From assembly GCF_964355755.1 (NCBI RefSeq), contig NC_092678.1, positions 14,286,371 to 14,350,370 of the forward strand: a stretch of DNA of 64,000 bases, written 5' to 3'. The translations under genes and the position numbers were made by a program. Under the pieces are notes generated by a model that saw only the letters and a list, made by a program, of their open reading frames with translations, had not been told where the DNA came from and searched no databases. This document shows positions 1 through 11,600 of the stretch, piece after piece. Every line of letters begins with the position of its first letter. The stretch's first letter is position 1. The stretch is from Antedon mediterranea (lineage: Eukaryota; Animalia; Echinodermata).

Positions 1-2141
1 AAACAACTGGCATTAGTCCACCCACCGAAAAACGCGTCTCTTGGATTCAAAGTTTGCCTAATTAAAGGAACTTTGGAGACGATAGATTTAATGTTTGGGC
101 CAACGATTGTTTGATCCGTTTCCATTCGTGCTCCCAAATTTCGACGTACTCGAAATCCGGAAATTGTTCCTTCAGAAACCGTGATTTCTTGCTTGTCTTG
201 ACAAAGCATTCCAACATGGTCTCGTTATTGAAGGGATTAATGGAATCGGGTCTATAACAATCTTGGCACCCGTGGAAAAAACAACCGATAAATTCGAAAA
301 TTATTTTGTTTTCTGAACATGCGCCGTCGACAGAGTAAGGCCCAAACATTTTTTCCCCTCCATTTCTGGCATGATGGATAAAGACCCCCCTTTTATGCGC
401 CTCGTAGCACAGCCATTCCATGCTAGAGTGAGAATGGTTAACGGTTGTTAGATACCCTGATGATGGAAATAGAGCGATGGTGGATGGTTTTTAAAAAATT
501 CTAGAAAATACGTGGTTACACGCTGAGGCAATTGCCATTAAATTATTTGAAAAGGGGTCAACACCGCCGAGTAGAGGGTTTTTCGGCGATATAGTTACTT
601 TCAAAAAAAGATGTCTAAAAGTAAGACAACACTTTCTGAGAATATCTACATCGCTGATACAATAGTCGACGAGTTCTTTTTTAAGATCAAATAGTTGATT
701 ACTTTCAATTTTCTGGTTGTACCATTTAAAGAAAGATTCTCGACCTGAAGTAGTCATTTTATCGGGGGAATAATTTGAAGAATCGGGGTAAGGACCTACG
801 TAATTTTGGTTTTTTAAAGAATTAAAATAATGAGGAAAGTAACCCTTTTTAAGTTCGGAGATGCCAAAAGTTTTGGGCAATTTGGATAGAGGCATGGGCA
901 GAAATGAAAGGGAATCGATGAATCGAATACTCGTTTCTTTAGTCCTAATCGAAATAAGTTTACCACCGCGAGCAATTACATCCGGTACAATGGAGTTTTC
1001 GTACAGGTAGTTGAGCACGAAGTAGCTATCATAACCCTGGAAGTTGTGAGCGATACACGTAATATTTTCGTTAAATTTGTAATCTTTGAATACGTAATTG
1101 CAGAAATCTTCGCATGCAGACCCCCCGTGAAAAACCACTGTTTTATCCCCACACACATCACAAACGGCGGAATCATTAGCACCGTCGATACAATTAAGAC
1201 AAGTTTTTTGAAGAACGCATACATTTGGTTTGTGTTCGCCTGTATCTTGCGTGCATTCGAAATCAAAAAAGAAATATTTGGTGACAGCTCTGTTACGGGC
1301 CTCCTGATTCTTAAACTTTTTTTAGTATGCTTAGGGGCTACAACCGGTTCCATGTAGCATTGATGATCGTATGAAACGAAAGTCCTACAAATTCTACAAA
1401 AGCGGTTTTGACAATTGTGATCTTTTTGAACGATCCTATTACAAGTTGAACAATTTTTAATTTTGCCACATACTGAAACTTTAGAATCAGGAGATTTTTT
1501 ATGATTGGTGAAACATTGCTTATCCTTAAAAAATTACATTCTATTCAATTCTACTCTCTCTATTTTCAAAATAATTAGAAGAGGGGCAGTCATTGTGCTT
1601 GCACAGCACGCACGTAAATTGACAATTGTGTTGGTATTTGTGAATATACCCCTTATGACATCTATCGCAGAAATAGTCAATTTTTAGAAAACCTGTCATT
1701 GTGGTTATGAGATCGTAATGGTTAGAATGATGATAAAGATATATCTGCTTCATTCTATAATCGCCGCTAAAAATGACAGAATTTAAATTGTCTTTTTAAA
1801 TGACAATAATTTGGTAATTTGGTAATTTTGATTGCATCTTTTTTATTTCCTCGATGCCGCATGTCTGCTCCCTAACCCCCGAATCTCTAAGTAAATGAAG
1901 GGCGGCTATTTTTTGCTGACCCCAACCTCGACTAATGTTATTCCATCTAGTTACGTTGTTAATTTTGTCTTCGAGCATAGAAATACCCGTAACAATAGCG
2001 CGTGCGCAGCAGATAGTTTCGTTATCATCATTCTTAATCTTAATTATACATTTAGCATTTAACAATATGTCGATACCGTTTCTTCTATAGCCCCCACCCC
2101 TAGGCATTCTCATGTGGAGAACGTTAAATTTAAACTTGTTA

Positions 2142-5100
2142 TTTTTTTTTTTTTTTGTCTTGTGTGGTGTCTTCCCACTTTTATTATAATTCTCAGATTT
2201 ATATGTATATATATTATATATAAAATAAAGGTACATTGTAGCAATTAATTATTTGTATGAATATTTCTATTTCTGTTGTATATTACTAAGATTGTTACAA
2301 GTTAACAAGTAGTTAAAAAGTAGGCATATTTACATAAAAAGATGATTAATTTCAATATAATAACCATGCTTTCATTTTCAATTTTAAAAAGATGTTAATT
2401 AAAATATAAAGATAAAAGATGGTAATAAAAGTCTATGAACTGTCATTAAAAACGTACTTATAAAATCTTGTTCATGTTCTGGTAGAGAGGCTATAAACTC
2501 AGAGGAGGAATATAAAATATCCTCCCTTTTCACCAAGACAAAAAGGATGAGATGAAAAAAGAGGAATGCAAAAGTTTGAAAACTAGATAAGGATGATAGA
2601 GTGGAATGAAATATTTAAATGAAAACCGTAAGGTTAGAGTCCATACACCGTGCAAGTCCAAGATGCCATTTTGGCTCTGTGTGTATGTGAGACGCTTCAT
2701 ACCCGATGACATCTTATTATAATACTACTTCTACTTCTGTATACAATTTGTAATTGGGAAATAAACAAAACATATTGCATTTTAGAAAACATGAAAAAAA
2801 AAAACTTCATACAGATTATATTCATGCTATCAATTGTAACAGAGTTTCCTTTTTTGCACCCCATTTACGTTGTGCCTTAATGAAGTTACACATATGTTCA
2901 TTTTCTATTAGATTTTTAACTTCAGCAGTGAAAAGAATCCAGATCTTTTTTTTATCATCTTTATCTTTTCTTCCACCATTGGATATTATGTGTACCTTGT
3001 ATATACAGAATAAAAACATAGAAATCAATTCATTTACAATATTGTTTTTTGTTCCTGTAACAATTTTAAACCATGTAATATTATCTTCAGCTTGAAAGCA
3101 ATTAGCCAGCACACCTTTAAATTTGTGCCATGTCCATTGAATGGCATTGCATTCAAACAGCATGTGCTGTTCACTTTCTATCTGATTTATACAATTGTCA
3201 CATAAATTATTTTCTGCCAAATTCCATAATTTTAATCTTTTTTTACACGGTAATATTCGATGTAAGAGTTTAAAGTTGAATTGAGCAACTTTAACTATAT
3301 GTTTCATCTTGTATACCTTATAATACCATACTTTATTCCAATCTATTTCTACGTTATTTAGCTCACATTCCCATTTTCTTTGTGAACCTGGTTCAGTGGA
3401 ACGTTTGTTTATAAAATACTTATAGTAGATAGATCCTTTAATGTTCTTATGCAACAATGAGTCATTATTACCTACATCTTGATTATTTGTATTGTCTTTT
3501 CTAATAATTTCTTTCCACCCATTTGGTATGGCATTCATAAGCTGTAAATATTCAATTAAACCATTATGTTTTTTATACAAATTTGAGATTATTTCACCTG
3601 CGGTACATACTCTATCATTTATAAATATGTCACCAATTATTTTATAATCAGAATATAACCATGATTTGAAGTACAATGATTTATTGTTAGATAGTATAAA
3701 CTTATTTTCCCATAGTTGTTGATTTTTTATTTCTATTAAAGTTGTTGGTTCTGAATACACAATATTATTAAATTTTACAACAGCATTAATCATGTTCTTG
3801 TAGAATGTAGGCATATCTCTCAAGTTAGCATGATCATGTACATTAAGTTTAGTACTTTTTATTGTATATTCAATTGGGTGAAGGAAATATTTTGGTATGC
3901 ATTTCCATTTACCTGGATCTGGACTTAACAGTCGCTTGACCCAATTCAGTTTAAGTGATTCAACCACAGAGCTAATATCTGGCATGTTTAAACCACCTTC
4001 CTTAATATTTTTAATTAAGGTTATTCTCTTTATCTTTTCCCTTCTGGTTCCCCATAGGAACGTATATAATAGTTTTTCTATTTGTTTAACTATATCTTTG
4101 GGAACATCAATTATACTTGCGTTATATATAAACTTAGACAATGCAAGTGTTTTAATAATAGTTATTTTACCAAAAAAGGTAAGATTCCTTCTTTTCCATA
4201 AATTTAATACGTTTTCTAGGTTGGTAATTTTTTTGTCCCAGTTTCTCTTTTCACATAAATGCTTATTGTAACCTATATGGATTCCTAAAAATTTAACAGG
4301 TTCACTAGTCCATGTAATATCTAATGGTTTTGAAACACTATTTTCGTTTACACCAATCCACATACCATTTGTCTTTTTTCTATTTAATGTTAACCCTGAA
4401 ACACTACAAAAAGACTCAATCTCATTAAAGAAATATTTTAAACTACCTTCGTCATGTGAAAAAATTACGGTGTCATCCGCTAATTGAGCAATTTTAACGA
4501 TATTATCATCATCGTCATTGCTATTAGGTAACGTAATTCCTATACATTTAGAATTATTTCTGATATTTACTGCCATTATTTCTGATACCAGAATAAATAG
4601 CAAAGCAGATAATGGGCAGCCTTGCCTCACACCACACTACATTTTAAACTTTTCTGACAACCATCCGTTGTTTACTATGACACATTCTGTTTCTTTATAC
4701 ATAACCTTTATCCATTTGATAAATGAATTTCCAAAACCAAAGAGTTTTAAAACCTTAAACAGCAGTATTCTGTCTATTGAGTCGAAAGCTTTTGCATAAT
4801 CAAGAAAAACAATAGCACCTGTCATACTTTTTGCTTTTGTGTAGTCTAGTATGTCGTTTACCAGTCTTACATTTTCTCCTCCAAACCTTTTCTTAATATA
4901 ACCTTTTTGATCTTCATTTATAATGGAACCTATAACGTTGTGTAACCTAATAGCTAGAATGTGAGCCAATATTTTATAATCCACATTAAGTAGTGTTATT
5001 GGTCTCCAATTGTTTAGGTTTTCCCTCTGTCCATTTTTGTATAAAAGATTAATAATACCTCTCCTTTGTGTTGTTGATAACATGCCTTTAACAAAGCTAT

Positions 5101-5348
5101 AATTCAATGAATCACACAATAAATATTTTACATTCTCCCAAAATGTACGATAAAATTCTACACTTAATCCATCAATACCAGGACTCTTATTTATTTTCAT
5201 TTTAAAAATCGTTTTTGTGCATTCTTCGACTGTTACAAGACCTTCACATTTTATTACATCTTCCTCTAACAACGTTTTTAATTTTGTGTGCTTTAGATAT
5301 TTGTTCATATCGTTTAGAGGTATTTCTTTATTAGAGTATATGTTTGCA
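2142..5348 (-). mobile_element. 5'-truncated L1/Tx1-clade LINE inserted in pPolB
   Basis: Poly(A) tail (T run 2142-2156), ~660-bp 3' UTR, and ORF2 RT beginning mid-protein. Confidence 0.92.
2822..5348 (-). pseudogene. LINE ORF2 reverse transcriptase with C-terminal CCHC, one in-frame stop at 4637-4639
   Basis: KSPGIDG, NWRPITLLNVDYKI, LDYAKAFDS, RQGCPLS, QLADDT, CDNC...ESEQHMLFEC. ORFs 4637-5365 and 2822-4630 share one frame. Confidence 0.92.
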
Positions 5349-7194
5349 GAGATTATCGACGACATGCTCGAAAATTCGATACAGTGTGGGCAGAAACACC
5401 TCTAAACTTATATGTTCAATATTAAAAAAATTTACTAAAAAATCGCTAATAGTCGCGTTAAAACGTTGATTATACCTATCAGCTAGTTGAACGATTCTAC
5501 AGAAGTGATTCAACTCTACCTCATCAAGGTTAAGGTCCTCGTCTTCAACAGTATCAATATCGGCAAATTCTTCTTCTTCTTCTCCGTCTTCGATTCTGAG
5601 CCTCTTTCTTTTAACGCCCCTTCCGTATTGTAGGGGTACAGGCTGAAAACAAAAAGAGAAAGACGGTAAAGAAAAAGAAATAAAAGACGTTGTACAACAA
5701 CAACAACAACAACAGTAGTAAAGAAAATAAAACGATAGTTACCTCAATAATCGAAGACTCCGTTGAATCATTAATCTCGACATTTCCTCTCAAACTCAAA
5801 CATTTGGTGTGAGCACCAACACCGTACTATACAGAAAAAACATAAATAGATAAATTAGAAAGGAAAACGCGTATAAACCGTAAACGCAGAAAGACTTTGT
5901 AAATTACTTTATGAGATATTTAGAAGGTAAAAAAAAATAAATAAATAAATAAATAAATTAGAAAGAAACACAAAGAAGCCGAAAAATGCTGTAAACATAC
6001 GTTCGGTTACACACAATCTACTTTTTAAGAATTATACACGGTAAAATAAATATTACGTAAAAAATAAAATAAACAAACACTTACTTCTACGTCATCAATA
6101 CGCAAATTAGCCGATAGCTCCTGCACTATCTCAATAGCATTATTACAAATATCCGAAAGTGAGAGACTATCGGCTTCAGAAATACTCTGGCTAACATCTA
6201 AATCAAGATCCTGGTCATTAAATACGAAATCTTCTAGTAGTCCAATATCGGGGATAACATCGTCGGTATCGATATTTTCGATATTATTTCGCGATAAACT
6301 AACGATAGCTTCTACTGCTCTCTGGCATTCGAAAAACAAGCTATCGTTAGAATCGGAAGATGATGATGATGATACGTAATGAGCCATTGTAAAAAAATCA
6401 GTAATAAGTCTAGAATAATCAGTAAGCGAATGAAAAAATACCCACACTTACGCTGTTTTTTATACCACCCCATGACACTAATTAAATTTAATAATATATG
6501 CAAACAAAGATACTTAGAACTTCCTTTAGGAAATGTGTCCGCTATTAAGATTGGTCAAACAGCCCTTACATAATTAGGAAGACCCTCCCACAACAGTGAC
6601 CATTAGATTTAGCCTTCGACCAAACGGAAAACATGGACCCCGGAAACACCTTAATTAAAACAACAAAGGGAAAAAATTGAGAGATGTAGTGAAAGGACAA
6701 ATCAAAAATACGCGCAAGAAAAATAATTTATTATACCTAAACGGTAATCACTGCAAACAATTAAAAGGAAACAACTGGTTGTTTAATCAAACGATCCATT
6801 TTCAGCAAAAATTCTCTCTCCACCTCGTCTACGTACGTAAATATACAACTTGTAGGCCTTTTACTCCTCTCGACTCCTTCAACTATACCGGCGGGGATAA
6901 CCTCTTCGACCCCCGTGTAACGATCATCTATCACTGCCTGGAACAACAGTCTCCTCATCATCGCTAGTTATTATAACATTATCTGCACAACTCCCTTGCG
7001 AAAAATATATACTTCCAGACATAATGAAATACTGTAAAGAGATACTCTACGCAAAAATAGACAAAAAAAAAACTGGAAAATAGTACAACAATAACCGCTT
7101 CACTTTGTTTCACTGTCTTAAATCATAAATAAAGTAATGACGTCACTCACCACGTACCAGAACATCGCGCCAAAAATTAATAAATAAGAGACAA

Positions 7195-7762
7195 AGAAAC
7201 ACCTGGCGGAAATTACATATCTATTGCGAAACTACCAGGAAATACACCAAGGCCAACTTTGGGCTGAAGTACCAGGAAATGAACGACTTTCATTAGAAAC
7301 ATCTAGTGGAAATTACATAACTATTACGTAACTACCAGGAAATACACCAAGGCCAACCTTGGGCTGAAGTACCAGGAAATGAATGACCTTCATTAGAAAC
7401 ATCTGGTGGAAATTACATATCTATTGCGAAACTACCAGCAAATACCCCAAGGTCATTTCGGGTCTGAAGTACCAGGAAATGAACGACCTTCATTAGAAAC
7501 ATCTGGCGGAAATTACATTCGTCCTTTAAAGTTGCAGGCTCAAAAATATGGAACAATTTACCAGTTAATATTAAATCGGCACCAACAGTTACGTCCTTTA
7601 AGGCTAGATACAAATCTCATTTCTTTTCATAAAAAACTGACATGTATTATATTTGATTAAGTTTCTCTTTTGTATATTTTGATTAAGACAGGACCACAAT
7701 GTAAAACAGATACACTGTTATCTGATTGTTTTATCCTTGTATAAATATATTATTTATTATTA

Positions 7763-7796
<34 letters not shown>

Positions 7797-7942
7797 GTAA
7801 CCACCAGGAAATACACCAAGGTCAACTTTGGGCTGAAGTACCAGGAAATGAATGACCTTCATTAGAAACACCTGGCGGTAATTACATAACTATTGCGCAA
7901 CCACCATGAAATACCCCAAGGTCATTTACTGACTGAAGTACC
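7195..7942. repeat. 100-bp tandem repeat (~4.8 copies), Polinton subterminal array
   Basis: Marker AGAAAC recurs at 7195, 7295, 7395, 7495 and, after an insertion, 7864. Confidence 0.92.
7519..7795 (+). mobile_element. Short 3' fragment of a CR1/L2-like LINE with (TTA)n tail
   Basis: Encodes SFKVAGSKIWNNLPVNIKSAPTVTSFKARYKSH, a typical CR1/L2 ORF2 C-terminus. Followed by a (TTA)n tail; splits one 100-bp repeat unit. Confidence 0.8.
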
Positions 7943-8657
7943 TCTTCTTCTACTAGGTTAAATTGACTGGAAGTCAATGGGTTTTGGCTGAATTTAACCA
8001 TTTATCTTTTTCAATCCATAATAATTCAATTACATCAATTGTATGACAGGTTGTTTGGGTATTATATAGTGACAAGTCTACCTTGCTAACTTAAGTTGTA
8101 TTATTTGTACATCTTTAATTTTATCTCATTTACACTATGCTAGTTAATGCTGGGGTAAAGCTAGATCTACATTATTAAATTGTTGAATTATTTTGCAAAA
8201 GATAACTTGAAGGATGGATTGTGCTAAGGTTCCTAATTATTACTTTTTAATTCTCACAAATATTTTGACTGTTTAAGGCATCCAAACAATCTCTCTTTCG
8301 CACAAAAAAAGGTTTCCAATTTAGTTGTGTCAACCACCAAAGCCCGTTCGCTTTTCCACAATATGTCTTATTTGTAAAGTAAGTAAGTCTTGCAAGTTAG
8401 TCAGAGCAAGATGTTAGAATTTAATTCAAAATACTGGCACGTGCATGTATTCACGTCGATTATGGCAAATGCAAATGACATAAGAATGGTATAATTCCAC
8501 TGAAACAGCATTACTCATTGATTCACATAAATAAATCAATATTTAAATAAATGTTCAAAATAAGAAGGAAATATGGAAGAGGTCTACATTACACTTATAA
8601 AATCCAAGTTTTATAAACTTATAACTGTAACGATGCTAATATCTTTTTAAATTGAAG

Positions 8658-11600
8658 GTTGAGGGTATGTTTAACGAAATGTTTGATAAAATGGAAGGAA
8701 TGAAATATGCTGCGCATGTAGATCGTGAAATGTACATGGTCGACAACACTGTGAAATCACATGCAGATATAAAGAAACTTAAGAAAAACATTGGTAAATA
8801 CATGCAGGCAATGGGAATGAAGGAAGTTCCAATAAACTGGCTTAAATTTCAGGAAAGATTGCAAGACATTGGAAAAACAAAAGTGTGCATTCCTTATAAT
8901 GAGGTAAAGTAGTGTTTGTGTTCTAAATGTATAATACAAGTGCGATATAAAAAACGATTTTTACAATTGCGGTATATAAATATATTTAACTTAAACTGAT
9001 CATAACTTATATAACTCATTTTTGATCAATTCGCTGTTATTTGATTTAGAAGAAAGCAATGGATTTGACTGCATGAAACAGTTGTTTTATTTAAATCATA
9101 TTAGGCAATAACTTTGCGATTCACATTATTGCTTTTTTCGGGGTTAAAGGTCACCGAATAAATGCCGAACTACACACAAATCCTATATTAAAAATAAATC
9201 ACTAAAATAGTTCTGACTCCTGACCAGTCGATTCTCTGGCCCTAAATTTGACATAATTATTTCTAGCAAAGCTTAAGCAAATGTGTCTCCGACATTGCAT
9301 AATAGGAAGCGATTTAATACTTTTTATGCTTGCCGTTTTAAAATAAGTGTATAATACATTGGCGCGGTTACGCTTGATTGCGCACATTAATGTACTGCAA
9401 TCGCACTAACCTGACACGAAGAAGGACTCGAAAGTGCCTGCATAGGAAAAGAGGATGTTGACACTTATGAGCATAATCATTCATGGGTGTATTAAGCTAC
9501 AGGGATTCAATATGAAATAAACAACTTTGTAATCTCCATTCGGCTGGTTTATTACCAACATCGAACTAGCGTTATTACGTGTACATAATGTAGGTGAGAT
9601 GGTACAAGTATGGCCATCACAAGCTTGGAACAAGGAACGTTTTTGTTTAGTGGCGAAACTAAACTTAATAAGACAAATGGAAAGGTGCCGTGAACATCAT
9701 CCCAGCTAAAAAATAGATTTCTGCATCGTTCTAAACAAAGAAAAGCGCATAAGCTTTAAGTAGAAAAATAGTACCAGAAGAACGTTAAGTAAAATTTATA
9801 TTGTAATAATATGTTCTGAATTTTGCAATTTTTTATCAGCAGTTCTAAAAATTGTACAGCCAAAACCTTTGCTACGCAAAGTTCAAGAGATTTTGAAATA
9901 CTCTCCAGTAATCCGAAAATTAACAGTGACTCATAAGAAGCAATATAATAGAATTAAACAGATGAAAATAATATTTAAAAGATATAATACCATATAATAT
10001 TTTTTAAGAAAAACGATAAAGTAAAACAACCAGAAAAAAATTAATTAGTACACGTGAGAGAAGTAAGAATATACTATAAGTTAAGCATGAACTGCCCGAG
10101 TGGATTAGAATAAAGTAGCAAACAATTACGATAGTTTGGTATATATAAACAGTAATACTATTTAACGGATGCAATCGTAAAAATAGTAATATCTTAAAAA
10201 AAGAGTAAAATTAAAATATTTATTACCAAAGGTTTTTTTAATATAAAAAATGTTATATTATTCATATTTACTGATTGCAATTTTGTATTATAGGCTTCTA
10301 GAATTGGCACTGAGTGTGGAATTTCCGAAACGGCTATCATAGTTGCCATAACGTATATGAATGACATTGGAAAGATTATGTATTCCAATAAAGACGAGAA
10401 ATTAAGGAACACAGTAATAACTAATCTTCACACGATGATACAGATGTTGACAACTGTAATCACAGTATTTCCACCAGATATTAAAGATGTATGTTAGACA
10501 ATTATATATTAATACTAGAAATGCGATCAGATTAATTATGAACACATGCCTACAGATATCCTCAAATAAATATTTTAAGAGGCGGATCCAGCCTACTTAA
10601 AGATAGAGGGGCAGTTGTTTGATCCACTGGAAAAGAGAGTAATTTTGACAATTAATTTGTTATGGTAACATTTTACAAATGAACATTTAGAGTGCGAATC
10701 TGTTCTATCATTTGTATCTGAAAAATATGGCGTGAAAGTAGAAAAGTGAAACTATCTAAACTACCCTAGATTGGTCTTTTGTACAATCCCGGTTTTTCGT
10801 TAATAAGTTAATGTAGATGTGATCAGTATTACTGCGATTTTAAGTGAAAATGCTCTTTAAAATAATTACTTTTATTTGAGTACAGAAGGAAATGAAAGAT
10901 CGATGGGAAAGACTTGGAGTTGAAGGTATTCTTGAGGAAAAGTTATTGCGTTATTTATGGCAAAATCAGGACGAAGGTAATTTTGACATCTTTATAGAAG
11001 TGATGAGGGTGTTCCGGTTACTCTTTGAGAAAAAAACGGTATGTACGAAGCTTACTCATTATATTGATTAATGTATAATCATTTAAAAAAGCCCTGGCTT
11101 AATAAACATTAAACTGAAATATTGTATCCTCTTTTCAATATTTTTTTAAATCAATTTTTATAATAACAGGAAGAAGAAGGTAACCGTGAATTCTTGGTTC
11201 CATGTCGGATGAAAGTTTTTACAAATACTAGTCTAGAAGTGACAAAAGATGACATGCAGATGGTATCAATTTACCTGACTCCGACAGACTTTCTTCCTGA
11301 GGCTGTGTACCACACTTTAGTTGTTGCATTTCTTGAATTGATGACGGGTACAGATAGTGATGATTCAAAAGTGTTCCGGAATCGTAGTGATTTTGAATTT
11401 AAAGATCACAAAGTCAGTTTAGGTGCCGTGCAAATTAAGCGTGAAAATGAAAAACCACACGCAATTAAGGTAGGACAATTAATTGTTAAATATTTCTCAC
11501 TATGTTTGTAGCATATAAATAAATACTAGATCAATTATTATATATAGTGCATGTATTACTTATATTACATAATGGCATAACGCATCTTGTACTACGCACC

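Larger units (their letters stand above)
1..6387 (-). pseudogene. Protein-primed family B DNA polymerase (pPolB), frameshifted and LINE-interrupted
   Basis: Exonuclease motifs IAHNFQGYDSYF, RFIDSLSFLPMPL, KGYFPHYFN and YCISDVDIL (491-1156). VSR-like nuclease segment VDG...FEFIGCFFHGC...EIWEHEW (62-421). N-terminal OTU-like segment ICCARAIV...HYDLI and Cys/His clusters (1200-2120). Upstream parts at 5350-5642, 5743-5826 and 6085-6387. Confidence 0.85.
1..7954 (-). mobile_element. Polinton/Maverick (adintovirus-like) element, right-hand part; continues beyond the window start
   Basis: Contains protein-primed PolB remnants and 100-bp subterminal tandem repeats. Ends in ...CTTCTTCTACT (5'-AGTAGAAG on -), matching the AG...CT simple-repeat termini of Polintons; the next 6 bp (aggtta) would be the TSD. 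Confidence 0.8.

Noticed and set aside
6677-6967. Small ORFs near the Polinton end
   Set aside because: Short, with no recognisable motif; cannot be supported without homologs.
7195-7942. Regular repeats here and at 16574-17091 as possible CRISPR arrays
   Set aside because: Whole units repeat with no unique spacers; eukaryotic context and no cas genes.
9140-9900. Possible TTAA-targeting DNA transposon in ROCO intron 1
   Set aside because: No matching second terminus could be identified by eye.
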